A stretch of DNA of 64,000 nt from Candidatus Hadarchaeota archaeon (lineage in GTDB: Archaea; Hadarchaeota; Hadarchaeia; Hadarchaeales; JAGGTB01), in the NCBI GenBank assembly GCA_964384105.1, contig CAYLJV010000002.1, positions 128,001 through 192,000 on the forward strand, in the 5' to 3' direction. The position numbers and the translations under genes were made by a program. The notes below the pieces were generated by a model. The model saw only the letters and a program-made list of their open reading frames with translations. It did not search any database and was not told the DNA's origin. Shown in pieces: positions 1 through 8,480 of this stretch (position 1 is the stretch's first letter; each line of letters begins with the position of its first letter).

Positions 1-317
1 GTCACCCACGGTTGAAAATCTGCTATCGAAGCAATAGTAAGGTAAATATCATCACGCCACCTTGCAACAACAGGATATCGAGATATTCGGGTATGATCTT
101 TTTTCTCGAAAAAACTCAGAAATTCCTCTTCCATCTCTGATAGGTTGTAATTTTTTTCTATAGGGGGATTGTCGATAAAAGTATACTCGTCACAAGGTGT
201 ATCACCACAAGTATCCTTCTCCGGGTCTAGAGTCCAAAAAGCTCTACCACAGCTTTTACAGACCTTTCTGTTGAAATCCTTTTCTCGAAAGATATCTGTT
301 TCATATATATTACTCAT
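1..317 (-). CDS. alaS: Alanyl-tRNA synthetase, N-terminal part (runs off window)
   Basis: Manual translation MSNIYETDIFREKDFNRKVCKSCGRAFWT...CGDTPC...YPVVARWRDDIYLTIASIADFQPWV is the typical archaeal AlaRS N-terminus; follows rpl12. Confidence 0.93.
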   Translation of the reverse strand, partial: MSNIYETDIFREKDFNRKVCKSCGRAFWTLDPEKDTCGDTPCDEYTFIDNPPIEKNYNLSEMEEEFLSFFEKKDHTRISRYPVVARWRDDIYLTIASIADFQPWV

Positions 318-389
318 ACTGGTCCCTACAGTGCAAATATGCGAGTTCTCGTAAAAGAACTTCTCCAAAAATCGGGAAGAATTTCACAA

Positions 390-704
390 TTAACCGAAGA
401 GTTCACCAAGACCAGCTACTTCTTCTTCCTCTTCCTCTTCTTCTGCTTCTTCGGCTTCTTCCTCTTCGGGAGCCTTTTCCTTCTCTTCCTCTTTGGAAGG
501 CGCTGCTGGTGCTGGAGCCGCTGACGCTGCTGCCGCAGATTCGATAGCTTCTTCAATATCCAAGCCTTCTAGTGACGCAACCAAAGCCTTAACTCTAGCT
601 TCGTCTACCTCTGCACCTGCAGCCTTAAGCACTTTTGAAACCTTATCTTCGTTTATTTCCTTACCCACAGAATGCAATATCATCGCAGCATATACGTATT
701 CCAT
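390..704 (-). CDS. rpl12: 50S ribosomal protein P1/L12
   Basis: [11 protein letters not shown] start, Ala-rich hinge, acidic tail GLGELFG. Confidence 0.97.
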   Translation of the reverse strand: MEYVYAAMILHSVGKEINEDKVSKVLKAAGAEVDEARVKALVASLEGLDIEEAIESAAAASAAPAPAAPSKEEEKEKAPEEEEAEEAEEEEEEEEVAGLGELFG

Positions 705-720
705 TTAAATTACACCTCCA

Positions 721-1761
721 TTAGTCAAACAAACCACCTAATCCTGCTGATGGCTCTTCTTCCTCTTCTTCGATTTTTTCCTCTTCAGGAGCTTTTTCCT
801 TTTCTTCCTCTTTAGGTTTTCCCTCTTCTTTAATTTTTTCAGCAGGTTTTTGAGCAGAAACTATTGAACTCAATTCCTCATCGAGCGCATCCGGGTCCAA
901 AGACCCAAGATTTGATGCTAAGCTCAGCATTTCCGAATGAGCTTTGTTCAAAATCTGAGGTATGGTATCGGAATTGAATATGGAAGCGTTAAAAGCCAAA
1001 TTCCTTGCCTGATTGTAAGCCCGATTTATAAATATAGGTAGATTCTGCTTAGTCGGGAATCTTATCTCTAGTGAAAGATTCATGGAATTCATATATGCAG
1101 CTTGTAACTCACCAAGAACTTTCTCCTCGTCTATTACCAGCATATCTCCCGGGAAGACCGTCCCATCCTCGTAGGCAGCTTTAAGTTCAAATCCTATTTC
1201 TCTCGGCTCGATTCCAAATCTAGAGAGTACTCCCGCCACTTCTTCTGAAATAGGCTCACCCTCCTCAACAATCTTGGAATCTTCGGTAACCACGACCTTT
1301 CCTGCCTGGATTCTAGCCTTAACTCCCGCCTGCTGAAGTTCGCTAATAACCGGCCCAGGAGAGAATTCTGTATCACCCTTCGGAATAACTATATCCTCTG
1401 GCGACTCCATTCCTACCTTCGCTGGGGCATTAGTTTTATTCTCATCAAGCAATCTCCAGAGTTTAAAAGGATTCATATCAGTGAAAACTAGAGCACAAGG
1501 ACCTTCAAGATAGTTAATTATTTCTTCGAGCCCTTGAAAATCTTTACCAACTTTCTCTATCGCTATCTTTAATAAAACCCTTCTACTCACCTTTATTTCA
1601 GCCTTTCCCCTAAGAATCTCTCTAATTTGCTGAAACTGGGGGGCTGGGATACCGGAAATATTCATAACTCCTACTACGGAGTAATTCTCAAACTTTTCGA
1701 GCAACTCATCGATTAACTCTTTCTTCCACTGGGCGACACTGGCTTCGTGAACAGATGCCAT
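721..1761 (-). CDS. rplP0: 50S ribosomal protein P0/L10
   Basis: WKKE, MNPFKL, GDTEFSPGP motifs; acidic tail GLGGLFD; operon position. Confidence 0.97.
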   Translation of the reverse strand: MASVHEASVAQWKKELIDELLEKFENYSVVGVMNISGIPAPQFQQIREILRGKAEIKVSRRVLLKIAIEKVGKDFQGLEEIINYLEGPCALVFTDMNPFKLWRLLDENKTNAPAKVGMESPEDIVIPKGDTEFSPGPVISELQQAGVKARIQAGKVVVTEDSKIVEEGEPISEEVAGVLSRFGIEPREIGFELKAAYEDGTVFPGDMLVIDEEKVLGELQAAYMNSMNLSLEIRFPTKQNLPIFINRAYNQARNLAFNASIFNSDTIPQILNKAHSEMLSLASNLGSLDPDALDEELSSIVSAQKPAEKIKEEGKPKEEEKEKAPEEEKIEEEEEEPSAGLGGLFD

Positions 1762-1762
1762 C

Positions 1763-2416
1763 TCAGTTCACCCCCAAAGAAACCGGTTTACCCATGGTGG
1801 TTTTAAGCGTGACTGAATTAATCTGTCTAGGACCTTTAGGAAGCTTGGAAGATAAGAAATCCAAGACGACCTTCACATTTTCGGCTATTTCCTCATCAGG
1901 CATATCCTCCCTGCCAACAGGCAAGTTAGCAGCGGGATTTTCCCTAACGCTGACACGAACCGTATTTCTTGATCGGGCTATGTATTTAGAAGGATCCTCA
2001 GTCGGAGGAACCGCCTGCGGCATCTTACCCCTAGGACCAAGAACGGGACCCAGTTCTTTACCTACGATCGGCATAAAATCCGCCTGAGCCAAGAAAGAAT
2101 TATACTCGTCAGCAATCTTTTTTGCCTCGGATTTATCACTTCCTAAACTCACTAGTTCATCTTTATCGAAGACTCTATCCGCACCCGCCTTTTCGGCCCT
2201 TTCAGCGAGTTCGCCACTCGCGAATACCGCGATTTTTTGCTCCTTTCCTGTTCCATGCGGCAAAGATATCTCCTCATTTATCCTATTCTCGGGATTAGAC
2301 AAATCCAAATCGGATACACCAACGGATAAATCAAAACTCTGGGTAAAATTCCTGTCGGTACTTTTCTCCTTTGCCTCTTTAACCACTTCTAATATTTCTT
2401 CTTCCGAAAATTCCAT
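1763..2416 (-). CDS. rpl1: 50S ribosomal protein L1
   Basis: RNFTQSFDL, LGPRGKMP, KTTMG motifs. Confidence 0.97.
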   Translation of the reverse strand: MEFSEEEILEVVKEAKEKSTDRNFTQSFDLSVGVSDLDLSNPENRINEEISLPHGTGKEQKIAVFASGELAERAEKAGADRVFDKDELVSLGSDKSEAKKIADEYNSFLAQADFMPIVGKELGPVLGPRGKMPQAVPPTEDPSKYIARSRNTVRVSVRENPAANLPVGREDMPDEEIAENVKVVLDFLSSKLPKGPRQINSVTLKTTMGKPVSLGVN

Positions 2417-2421
2417 TCAAA

Positions 2422-2907
2422 TCACCTCTCTTCCAACACATCATCATATTTTCCTTCATCAATATCTTTTTGCAATTCTCGAGCTGGCTTACCCTCTCCA
2501 TAGACACCCATACTTACACAGGCACCGAGAACTTCTTTTACAGCATTTTTCTTATTTTTAGCTAAAATAGAATTTTCCTTTTGTTCAGCAATCTTAATCA
2601 GTTGAGGCACAGAAAGATCACCCACAGGAGCGTCCTCCAAGCTACTGCTCCCCTTATCGATACCAAGCTCTTTTTTAATCAAAGCTGTCGTAGGTGGCGA
2701 TCCCACCTCGACTTCAAACTCCCCACTTTCTGTATCGACTATCACCTTCACGGGAACTGTCATCCCATCGTACGAAGAAGTTTCTTTATTGATTCTCGCC
2801 ACTACTTCACCAACGTTTATGCCTAATGGCCCCAATGCGGGACCGAGCGGCGGACCAGCGGACGCCTTTCCGCCTTCCACTAATGCTTCAATTACTTCTT
2901 CTCCCAT
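2422..2907 (-). CDS. rpl11: 50S ribosomal protein L11
   Basis: GGKASAGPPLGPALGPLG motif. Confidence 0.97.
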   Translation of the reverse strand: MGEEVIEALVEGGKASAGPPLGPALGPLGINVGEVVARINKETSSYDGMTVPVKVIVDTESGEFEVEVGSPPTTALIKKELGIDKGSSSLEDAPVGDLSVPQLIKIAEQKENSILAKNKKNAVKEVLGACVSMGVYGEGKPARELQKDIDEGKYDDVLEER

Positions 2908-3002
2908 TCGATTAACCTCTCATTTTCCAATTACATTAGAACTTCTAAACTTAAGAAGCATAAAAACGCTAGGGTTCAAAAAGCGGAAACGCTTATTAAT
3001 GA

Positions 3003-3290
3003 TTACTTGATAACCTTGAGTTCTCCATATTTCCCAGCGCTTACATGGACTTCATCTTTAAAAAGTCGAGAATATCCATTCTCGATATGTATCTTATCAC
3101 CCACTTCTATCTTCTCAATTTCATCGTTCCATAATGATATTTTTACCTTCCCCGAGTCGTCCTCACAAACAGCCGTGGCAACTCGCCCTTTGCCCTTGTC
3201 CGTATTAAAGGAATGCGGTTCTCCCTTCTCGACGACCTTCAGGTCTAAACTAACGTTTCTCATCCCCGGTTTTACCTCACTCGCCTTCAC
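3003..3290 (-). CDS. Single OB-fold ssDNA-binding protein (SSB/RPA-like)
   Basis: DDSGKVKISLW, GDKIHIENGY and GKYG motifs of single-OB archaeal SSB/RPA. Confidence 0.8.
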   Translation of the reverse strand: MKASEVKPGMRNVSLDLKVVEKGEPHSFNTDKGKGRVATAVCEDDSGKVKISLWNDEIEKIEVGDKIHIENGYSRLFKDEVHVSAGKYGELKVIK

Positions 3291-3777
3291 TCTTCTCCCT
3301 CCCTTTTCTTTCTACAACTCTTACTTGATCTCCTCGAACGGTAACTGGAATAGGAACGGTTGCTTCGAAAAGCTCTACCGTAGCCTCCTCCTTCCCCTCC
3401 TCCACTCTTATGATCTTGGCTCGCTCACCTTTGAAAGGTCCACCGGTCAACTCTACGATATCCCCCTTCTCCATTCCACTTACGGTTAGTTTTGGCTCCA
3501 TAAGATCTTCAATTTCCTTTATAGGAACCTTTCTATCGATCAACCCTTTACTATGTTTAATTCCAGATCTTGCTCTTTCTACAGCGCTTTTTCCGTTGGC
3601 TTCGACAAAAACGTACCCCCTAATTTCCTGAGGAACTAAAACAGCTTTAATTGGGAGGTTTCTGCTCCTAATACGTGACTCCATCATCTCAGCGGTATTC
3701 TTTTCTTGCCCTATCGTAGTCCTAACGACAAATATCGAACTTTCAATCTTTTCATTTTCCGAACTCTCTTCCGGCAT
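3277..3777 (-). CDS. spt5: Transcription elongation factor Spt5/NusG
   Basis: RTTIGQE, GYVFVE (NGN) and KOW motif GDIVELTGGPFKGE. Confidence 0.96.
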   Translation of the reverse strand: MPEESSENEKIESSIFVVRTTIGQEKNTAEMMESRIRSRNLPIKAVLVPQEIRGYVFVEANGKSAVERARSGIKHSKGLIDRKVPIKEIEDLMEPKLTVSGMEKGDIVELTGGPFKGERAKIIRVEEGKEEATVELFEATVPIPVTVRGDQVRVVERKGREKSEGE

Positions 3778-3788
3778 TTTTTACACCT

Positions 3789-3962
3789 CTATCCAACAAC
3801 GCCACCTGCAAGGTAACTAACTAAAGTTATAACAAAACCGATAACGCCAATTATAATCATTCCAATACCAGTAACCTTGGCTACATTAAGGTACTCATCT
3901 GCCTCGGGCTTCCTAGCAACATGAAGAACTCTTTTTGCTTGGTGTATGAATTCTCTTAACAT
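3789..3962 (-). CDS. secE: Protein translocase subunit SecE/Sec61-gamma (57 aa, not in ORF track)
   Basis: Manual translation MLREFIHQAKRVLHVARKPEADEYLNVAKVTGIGMIIIGVIGFVITLVSYLAGGVVG; lies between ftsZ and spt5. Confidence 0.93.
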   Translation of the reverse strand: MLREFIHQAKRVLHVARKPEADEYLNVAKVTGIGMIIIGVIGFVITLVSYLAGGVVG

Positions 3963-5054
3963 TTACTCCAATTGCTCCAGTCCGAGTTCCAGCTCTCCTT
4001 TTCCTCTTTTTATTCTTTCCCCTGTAGGCTCCTCTCCCGGACCTAGGACGTACGGAGAGTGAACCCCTGATAAAATTACCATTACTCTCACTGCTTTCTT
4101 CAAGTCATCTGATACCTGCGCGCCCCAGCTTATCTGGGCTTCTGGATCTAGCGCCTCAGAAACCTTACCGACTATCCTCTCAGCCTCATCCAACGACATA
4201 TCCGAACTACCTGTTACATTAACGAGCGCACCACTAGCACCGGTTATGTCGACATCCAACAGAGGACTGTTGAGAGCCTCGTTGGCGGCTTCATCTGCAC
4301 GGTTCTCTGAATCTGATTCTCCGATACCGATCATTGCAACTCCTCCATCCCTCAAAACGGTTCTGAGATCTGCGAAGTCGAGATTTATCAAACCGGGCTT
4401 TGTTATCAGTTCCGTGATTCCTTTAATAGAATCCATTAAAAGCTGATCCGCAACTTTGAAGGCTGCTGGGATTGGAAGATCTGGGGCAACTTTCAGAAGT
4501 TTATCATTTGGGATAACAATTACTGTGTCAGATACTTCACGAAGTTTCCGAAGACCCATCTCGGCATTCTTACTTCTTCTTTTCCCTTCTACGCTGAAAG
4601 GTAAAGTAACCACAGCGACAGTCAAAGCCCCAAGCCTTTTTGCAACTTCGGCGACTACAGGAGCGGAACCTGTTCCAGTTCCCCCTCCAAGACCACAAGT
4701 TATGAAAACTAAATCTGCCTTATGCAAATGTTCCTTGAGCTGCTCTTCATCTTCCCTAGCTGCCTCTTCGCCCTTCGAGGGATCGTTTCCTGCACCAAGC
4801 CCACCAGTAGCTTCCCTTCCTATCAGTAGCTTGCGATCCGCAGTTGCGTAGAGTAAATCCTGTGCATCAGTATTGATTGCCAGAGTTTGAGCTCCTTCTA
4901 TCCCTACTTCCATCATTCGAGAAATTGTATTCCCACCAGCACCACCACAACCTACGGCTACAATTCCAGCTCTGGCCTGCCTTAAAGCCTCTTCAAGATC
5001 TTCATCGTCTGGACCTAATATTGATTCGTAATCTTCTGCTTCAGACTCTACCAT
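3963..5054 (-). CDS. ftsZ: Cell division protein FtsZ
   Basis: GCGGAGGN, GGGTGTG tubulin signature, NLDFAD. Confidence 0.97.
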   Translation of the reverse strand: MVESEAEDYESILGPDDEDLEEALRQARAGIVAVGCGGAGGNTISRMMEVGIEGAQTLAINTDAQDLLYATADRKLLIGREATGGLGAGNDPSKGEEAAREDEEQLKEHLHKADLVFITCGLGGGTGTGSAPVVAEVAKRLGALTVAVVTLPFSVEGKRRSKNAEMGLRKLREVSDTVIVIPNDKLLKVAPDLPIPAAFKVADQLLMDSIKGITELITKPGLINLDFADLRTVLRDGGVAMIGIGESDSENRADEAANEALNSPLLDVDITGASGALVNVTGSSDMSLDEAERIVGKVSEALDPEAQISWGAQVSDDLKKAVRVMVILSGVHSPYVLGPGEEPTGERIKRGKGELELGLEQLE

Positions 5055-5273
5055 TTATACCCTCTATATACTTTCATTGCTCATTTATAGATAATTCGTT
5101 AAAAGCTTTGCTTTATTAAATGGCTACTTCAAGATGAAACACTTGATAGAATATAAAATTATTCCATAAATCGGAGTTAGCCGATTCAATATATGAAATC
5201 AGAGTTCATTTCTCAACGAGCTCAGAAAAGAGAGAAGATATTTAATTTTTGGAACAAATCAAGAGGAAAAATA

Positions 5274-5349
5274 TGGTGGGCCCGGAGGGATTCGAACCCT
5301 CGGCCTCCACCATGTCAAGGTGGCGTCATAGCCACTAGACTACGGGCCC
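5274..5349 (-). tRNA. tRNA-Val(GAC)
   Basis: Cloverleaf GGGCCCG...CGGGCCC-ACCA; anticodon arm CCACC-TTGACAT-GGTGG; T-loop TTCGAAT. Confidence 0.96.
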
Positions 5350-5533
5350 TCGTAGACAAAGACACATACTCAATCTCTATCTAAATCTTTTCGTAACTTC
5401 AATTATCTTCTGGAGTCCTTAAAAGATTCCGTTCATTGAACACAAAAATTTTTTGTAAAAAATTTTATCTCAAAAATCAAAATGGCTAAAGCGCGATTTT
5501 AAATTAAAAGTTTATTATTTTTAATCGGATACT

Positions 5534-6745
5534 ATGGGGACAATCTTCACAATACTCTTCATTCTGGGGTCAGTTTGGGTAGTCAGACTGATTTTCGAAA
5601 AGTTGGGCCTACCGTTCGTTTTGGGTGAACTACTTGCAGGAATGATAATAGGTCCCGCCGCTCTAGGACTGGTTGGACCACCAGGATCGCTCTTTGAATG
5701 GACTTCTTCTATGGACATACTTGCCGAGCTGGGTATGTTTTTCATAATGTTCTATGCAGGTTTGACAACTGATCCAAAAGAACTGAAAGAAAAAACCAAG
5801 GCGTTCCTCGGAGTTGGAATATTAGGCACTATAGCCCCACTAATACTCGTCTTCTCAGTCACCTGGCTTTTCACAGGTAACTTCTGGATCTCTCTTCTCA
5901 TAGGACTGGCACTCTCTGGAACTTCCTTGGCTACTAAAACAAGAATACTCGATGACTTGAACATTCTCGGAAGCAAAATGGGGCAGATAATGATGGGTGG
6001 AGGAATGGTAGATAATATTTTTTCCTTTATTATACTCACGGTCGCACTCAAAGCAATTATTCAAGGGAGTGTAGGCTTTCTCGACGTCATAATTACAATA
6101 TTCATGGCATTTGCATTCTTCTTAGGGGTGCTCTTCCTCGGCTACTACGTATATCCGATACTCGGAGTATTCATAGGAAGGCCGGGAAGAGGATTCACTT
6201 TTGCTTTGATCATGGGGCTACTAATAGCCGGATTGGGACAACTTATCGGATTTCATCTCATAATAGGGGCCTATCTCGCAGGTTTGTTTGTCAGGGAAGA
6301 GATTTTACCACCTTCTTCACCTATCGATGAACTCATAATGGGTAGACCCCTCGGAAATCTAGATCGACAATTCCAAACACTAAGCCATGGCTTTCTGGGA
6401 CCCATATTCATAGTGAGTGTGGCATACCATGTTGATTTTGCAATACTGACAACATCTACACTATTCCTGATAGGCTTGATAGCAGCGGCGGTAGCTGGAA
6501 AAGTCATAGGCGCCGGCGGAGGGGCCCTGCTCTCTGGATTAAATAAAAAGGAATCGATTGTAATCGGATTAGGAATGAATGAAAGAGGAACTGTAGAGCT
6601 TATTCTAGCAGCTGTTGGCTTAGAGATAGGAATACTGACAGAGACACACCTTTCACTGCTCGTTTTTACTGCTTTCGTGACGACGCTCATGGTTCCCACA
6701 GCACTAAAGTATCTCACGTTTCAAGAAGATCTTTCTGAAAACTAA
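5534..6745 (+). CDS. Cation:proton antiporter (CPA2/KefB-like)
   Basis: Many TM segments; LGELLAGMIIGP, GAYLAG, GMNERG motifs. Confidence 0.88.
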   Translation: MGTIFTILFILGSVWVVRLIFEKLGLPFVLGELLAGMIIGPAALGLVGPPGSLFEWTSSMDILAELGMFFIMFYAGLTTDPKELKEKTKAFLGVGILGTIAPLILVFSVTWLFTGNFWISLLIGLALSGTSLATKTRILDDLNILGSKMGQIMMGGGMVDNIFSFIILTVALKAIIQGSVGFLDVIITIFMAFAFFLGVLFLGYYVYPILGVFIGRPGRGFTFALIMGLLIAGLGQLIGFHLIIGAYLAGLFVREEILPPSSPIDELIMGRPLGNLDRQFQTLSHGFLGPIFIVSVAYHVDFAILTTSTLFLIGLIAAAVAGKVIGAGGGALLSGLNKKESIVIGLGMNERGTVELILAAVGLEIGILTETHLSLLVFTAFVTTLMVPTALKYLTFQEDLSEN

Positions 6746-6878
6746 CACTTGAAGAATAAAATAGTAAATACAATATTTTTTGTTATGGATGTAACAAAAA
6801 GTTCTGAAATCAGGATAAAATAAAAATTAACAGACTATATCCTAAACAGAAAAGTCCATCCACTAACACTTCGTAAAG

Positions 6879-6951
6879 TGGACCGGGTGGGATTTGAACC
6901 CACGACCTTCCGCATGCCAAGCGGACGTTCATACCCCTGAACTACCGGCCC
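6879..6951 (-). tRNA. tRNA-Ala(GGC)
   Basis: GGGCCGG...CCGGTCC-A acceptor stem with G3:U70; anticodon arm TCCGC-TTGGCAT-GCGGA; CCA not encoded. Confidence 0.95.
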
Positions 6952-7009
6952 TCGAAAAGAAGATATTAGCAGCTTCTTTAAGTTTCTAACGATTACCATT
7001 AAGAACTAT

Positions 7010-7168
7010 CTATTTGTTCCAGTTATATTGCCTTCTCTTCTTGGATCTGCCATAGCCGCAAGAGGCACAAACTCCCTTCTTTACATTAAAGGATCTATTT
7101 CCACAGCGTCTGCACCTGACGTGGACTGTTTTTTTCTGCTTGCCTTTAGCAGCCGTTCCTTTCGTCAT
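7010..7168 (-). CDS. rpl37e: 50S ribosomal protein L37e (52 aa, not in ORF track)
   Basis: Manual translation [52 protein letters not shown]; C4 zinc finger; follows the Sm gene. Confidence 0.96.
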   Translation of the reverse strand: MTKGTAAKGKQKKTVHVRCRRCGNRSFNVKKGVCASCGYGRSKKRRQYNWNK

Positions 7169-7175
7169 TCAAAGT

Positions 7176-7406
7176 TCACCTTGCTGGAGAGATGAAAACC
7201 ACGTTGTCTCCACGAATTATCATCATACCAAAACGTTTACTGGCTTCATCGCTCTGAATTTTCTCCGCTTCATCCAGAACAAGGTTCACGTGAGTATCGT
7301 AGGAAACCAGCTTTCCTCTAAATTCGTGTCCACCTTTAAGTCCAACAAGTACTGTGGAACCTATCGCTTTATTTAATGTATCCAATGGTCTTCTTTCAGA
7401 TGTCAT
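7176..7406 (-). CDS. Sm-like (LSm/SmAP1) RNA-binding protein
   Basis: RPLDTL, YDTHVNLVL, IRGDNVVFISP; start trimmed to MTSERR; conserved Sm-rpl37e pair. Confidence 0.95.
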   Translation of the reverse strand: MTSERRPLDTLNKAIGSTVLVGLKGGHEFRGKLVSYDTHVNLVLDEAEKIQSDEASKRFGMMIIRGDNVVFISPAR

Positions 7407-7463
7407 AGTGTTCAACCGGCAATTAACCAGCTTTCTATTTAAGAATAACGTACGTAATAAAAC

Positions 7464-7952
7464 TTGATGGCAATGAAAAAGAGGCATTCTATAAGAGATT
7501 CAGACATAAGGAAGCTTTTAGAAACCCTAAAACCGAAATTCGGGAACAGCGTAGAAGTTCTATTTGAAGGAAAGGCGGAAAAAGCCGAACTCGAAAATGG
7601 AAAAACCGTATTACTGTCAGATGAAAAACCTGTTTTTATAGAAAAGAACGGTGAGTATATCCCCATAGTACTTCACGCCAATAAAATTAGGCTAAAAAGA
7701 ATAACCGTGGACATGGGAGCCGTGAGTCCGATCTCGGACGGAGCAGATATCATGGCACCGGGGATAGTAAAAGCAGATAAGGACATAGAAAAGGGTGACA
7801 TAGTAGGTATAGAGGACGAAAAAAATCAGAAGATCTTCGCAATAGGGAAAGCCTTAGAAGGAGGAGCTTCACTTAATAAAAAGAGGGGAAAAGTAGTAAA
7901 GAACCTGCACCACGTAGGAGATAAATTTTGGGATTTACTTAAAAACCTGTAG
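7464..7952 (+). CDS. PUA-domain RNA-binding protein
   Basis: VDMGAV..ISDGADIMAPGI and HHVGD motifs. Confidence 0.9.
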   Translation: MMAMKKRHSIRDSDIRKLLETLKPKFGNSVEVLFEGKAEKAELENGKTVLLSDEKPVFIEKNGEYIPIVLHANKIRLKRITVDMGAVSPISDGADIMAPGIVKADKDIEKGDIVGIEDEKNQKIFAIGKALEGGASLNKKRGKVVKNLHHVGDKFWDLLKNL

Positions 7953-7998
7953 GGAAAAGTTAAATAGATTAGAAAAGCACTTGCTTTCAAGGGAAAAA

Positions 7999-8388
7999 AT
8001 GGATACTTTAAAAAATATATTTGCAAAGAAAAAAAGCACCTCGAAAGACGAGGCGACTACAGAAAGCGGTTACGACGTCCCAATAATAGAGGTCTCAGAA
8101 ACCAGGGCCTCCAAGAGAATTGGTGAAATAGAGCCGATTCTGGTAAAAAGTATGGATTTAAACAGTCTCGTGGACGTACAAGAAGTTTCAGCGGAACTTA
8201 GAGAAGGAAACATAATCATACTAAATATATCACCGCTTATGGAAGAAGACCCGGGAGAACTCAAAAGAGCAATAGACCAGTTGAAAAACGTTACAAATGA
8301 AGTCGGAGGAGACGTAGGTCGGTTATCAGAAACTCGAATAATCGCAACTCCAAAGCTAGTAAAGATCCAGTTTAGAAGAAAGGGCTAA
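7999..8388 (+). CDS. sepF: Archaeal SepF-like protein (DUF552)
   Basis: ELREGNIIILNI...LKRAIDQLK...GGDVGRL...IIATP pattern. Confidence 0.8.
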   Translation: MDTLKNIFAKKKSTSKDEATTESGYDVPIIEVSETRASKRIGEIEPILVKSMDLNSLVDVQEVSAELREGNIIILNISPLMEEDPGELKRAIDQLKNVTNEVGGDVGRLSETRIIATPKLVKIQFRRKG

Positions 8389-8480
8389 AAGAAAAAGCCG
8401 CATTAAAACCTATTTTTGGCTAATCGCTTCTATTATTACGCAATGCTAAAATTAAATCCAGAGAATATTATACCTAATAT

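Noticed and set aside
420-840. ttc/ctc repeats and shared [12 protein letters not shown] in rpl12 and rplP0
   Set aside because: Acidic stalk tails of P0 and P1 are known to be homologous low-complexity regions; the DNA differs at synonymous sites
5193-5384. 63-aa ORF containing WWARRDSNPRPPPCQGG
   Set aside because: Antisense translation of tRNA-Val, a classic spurious ORF
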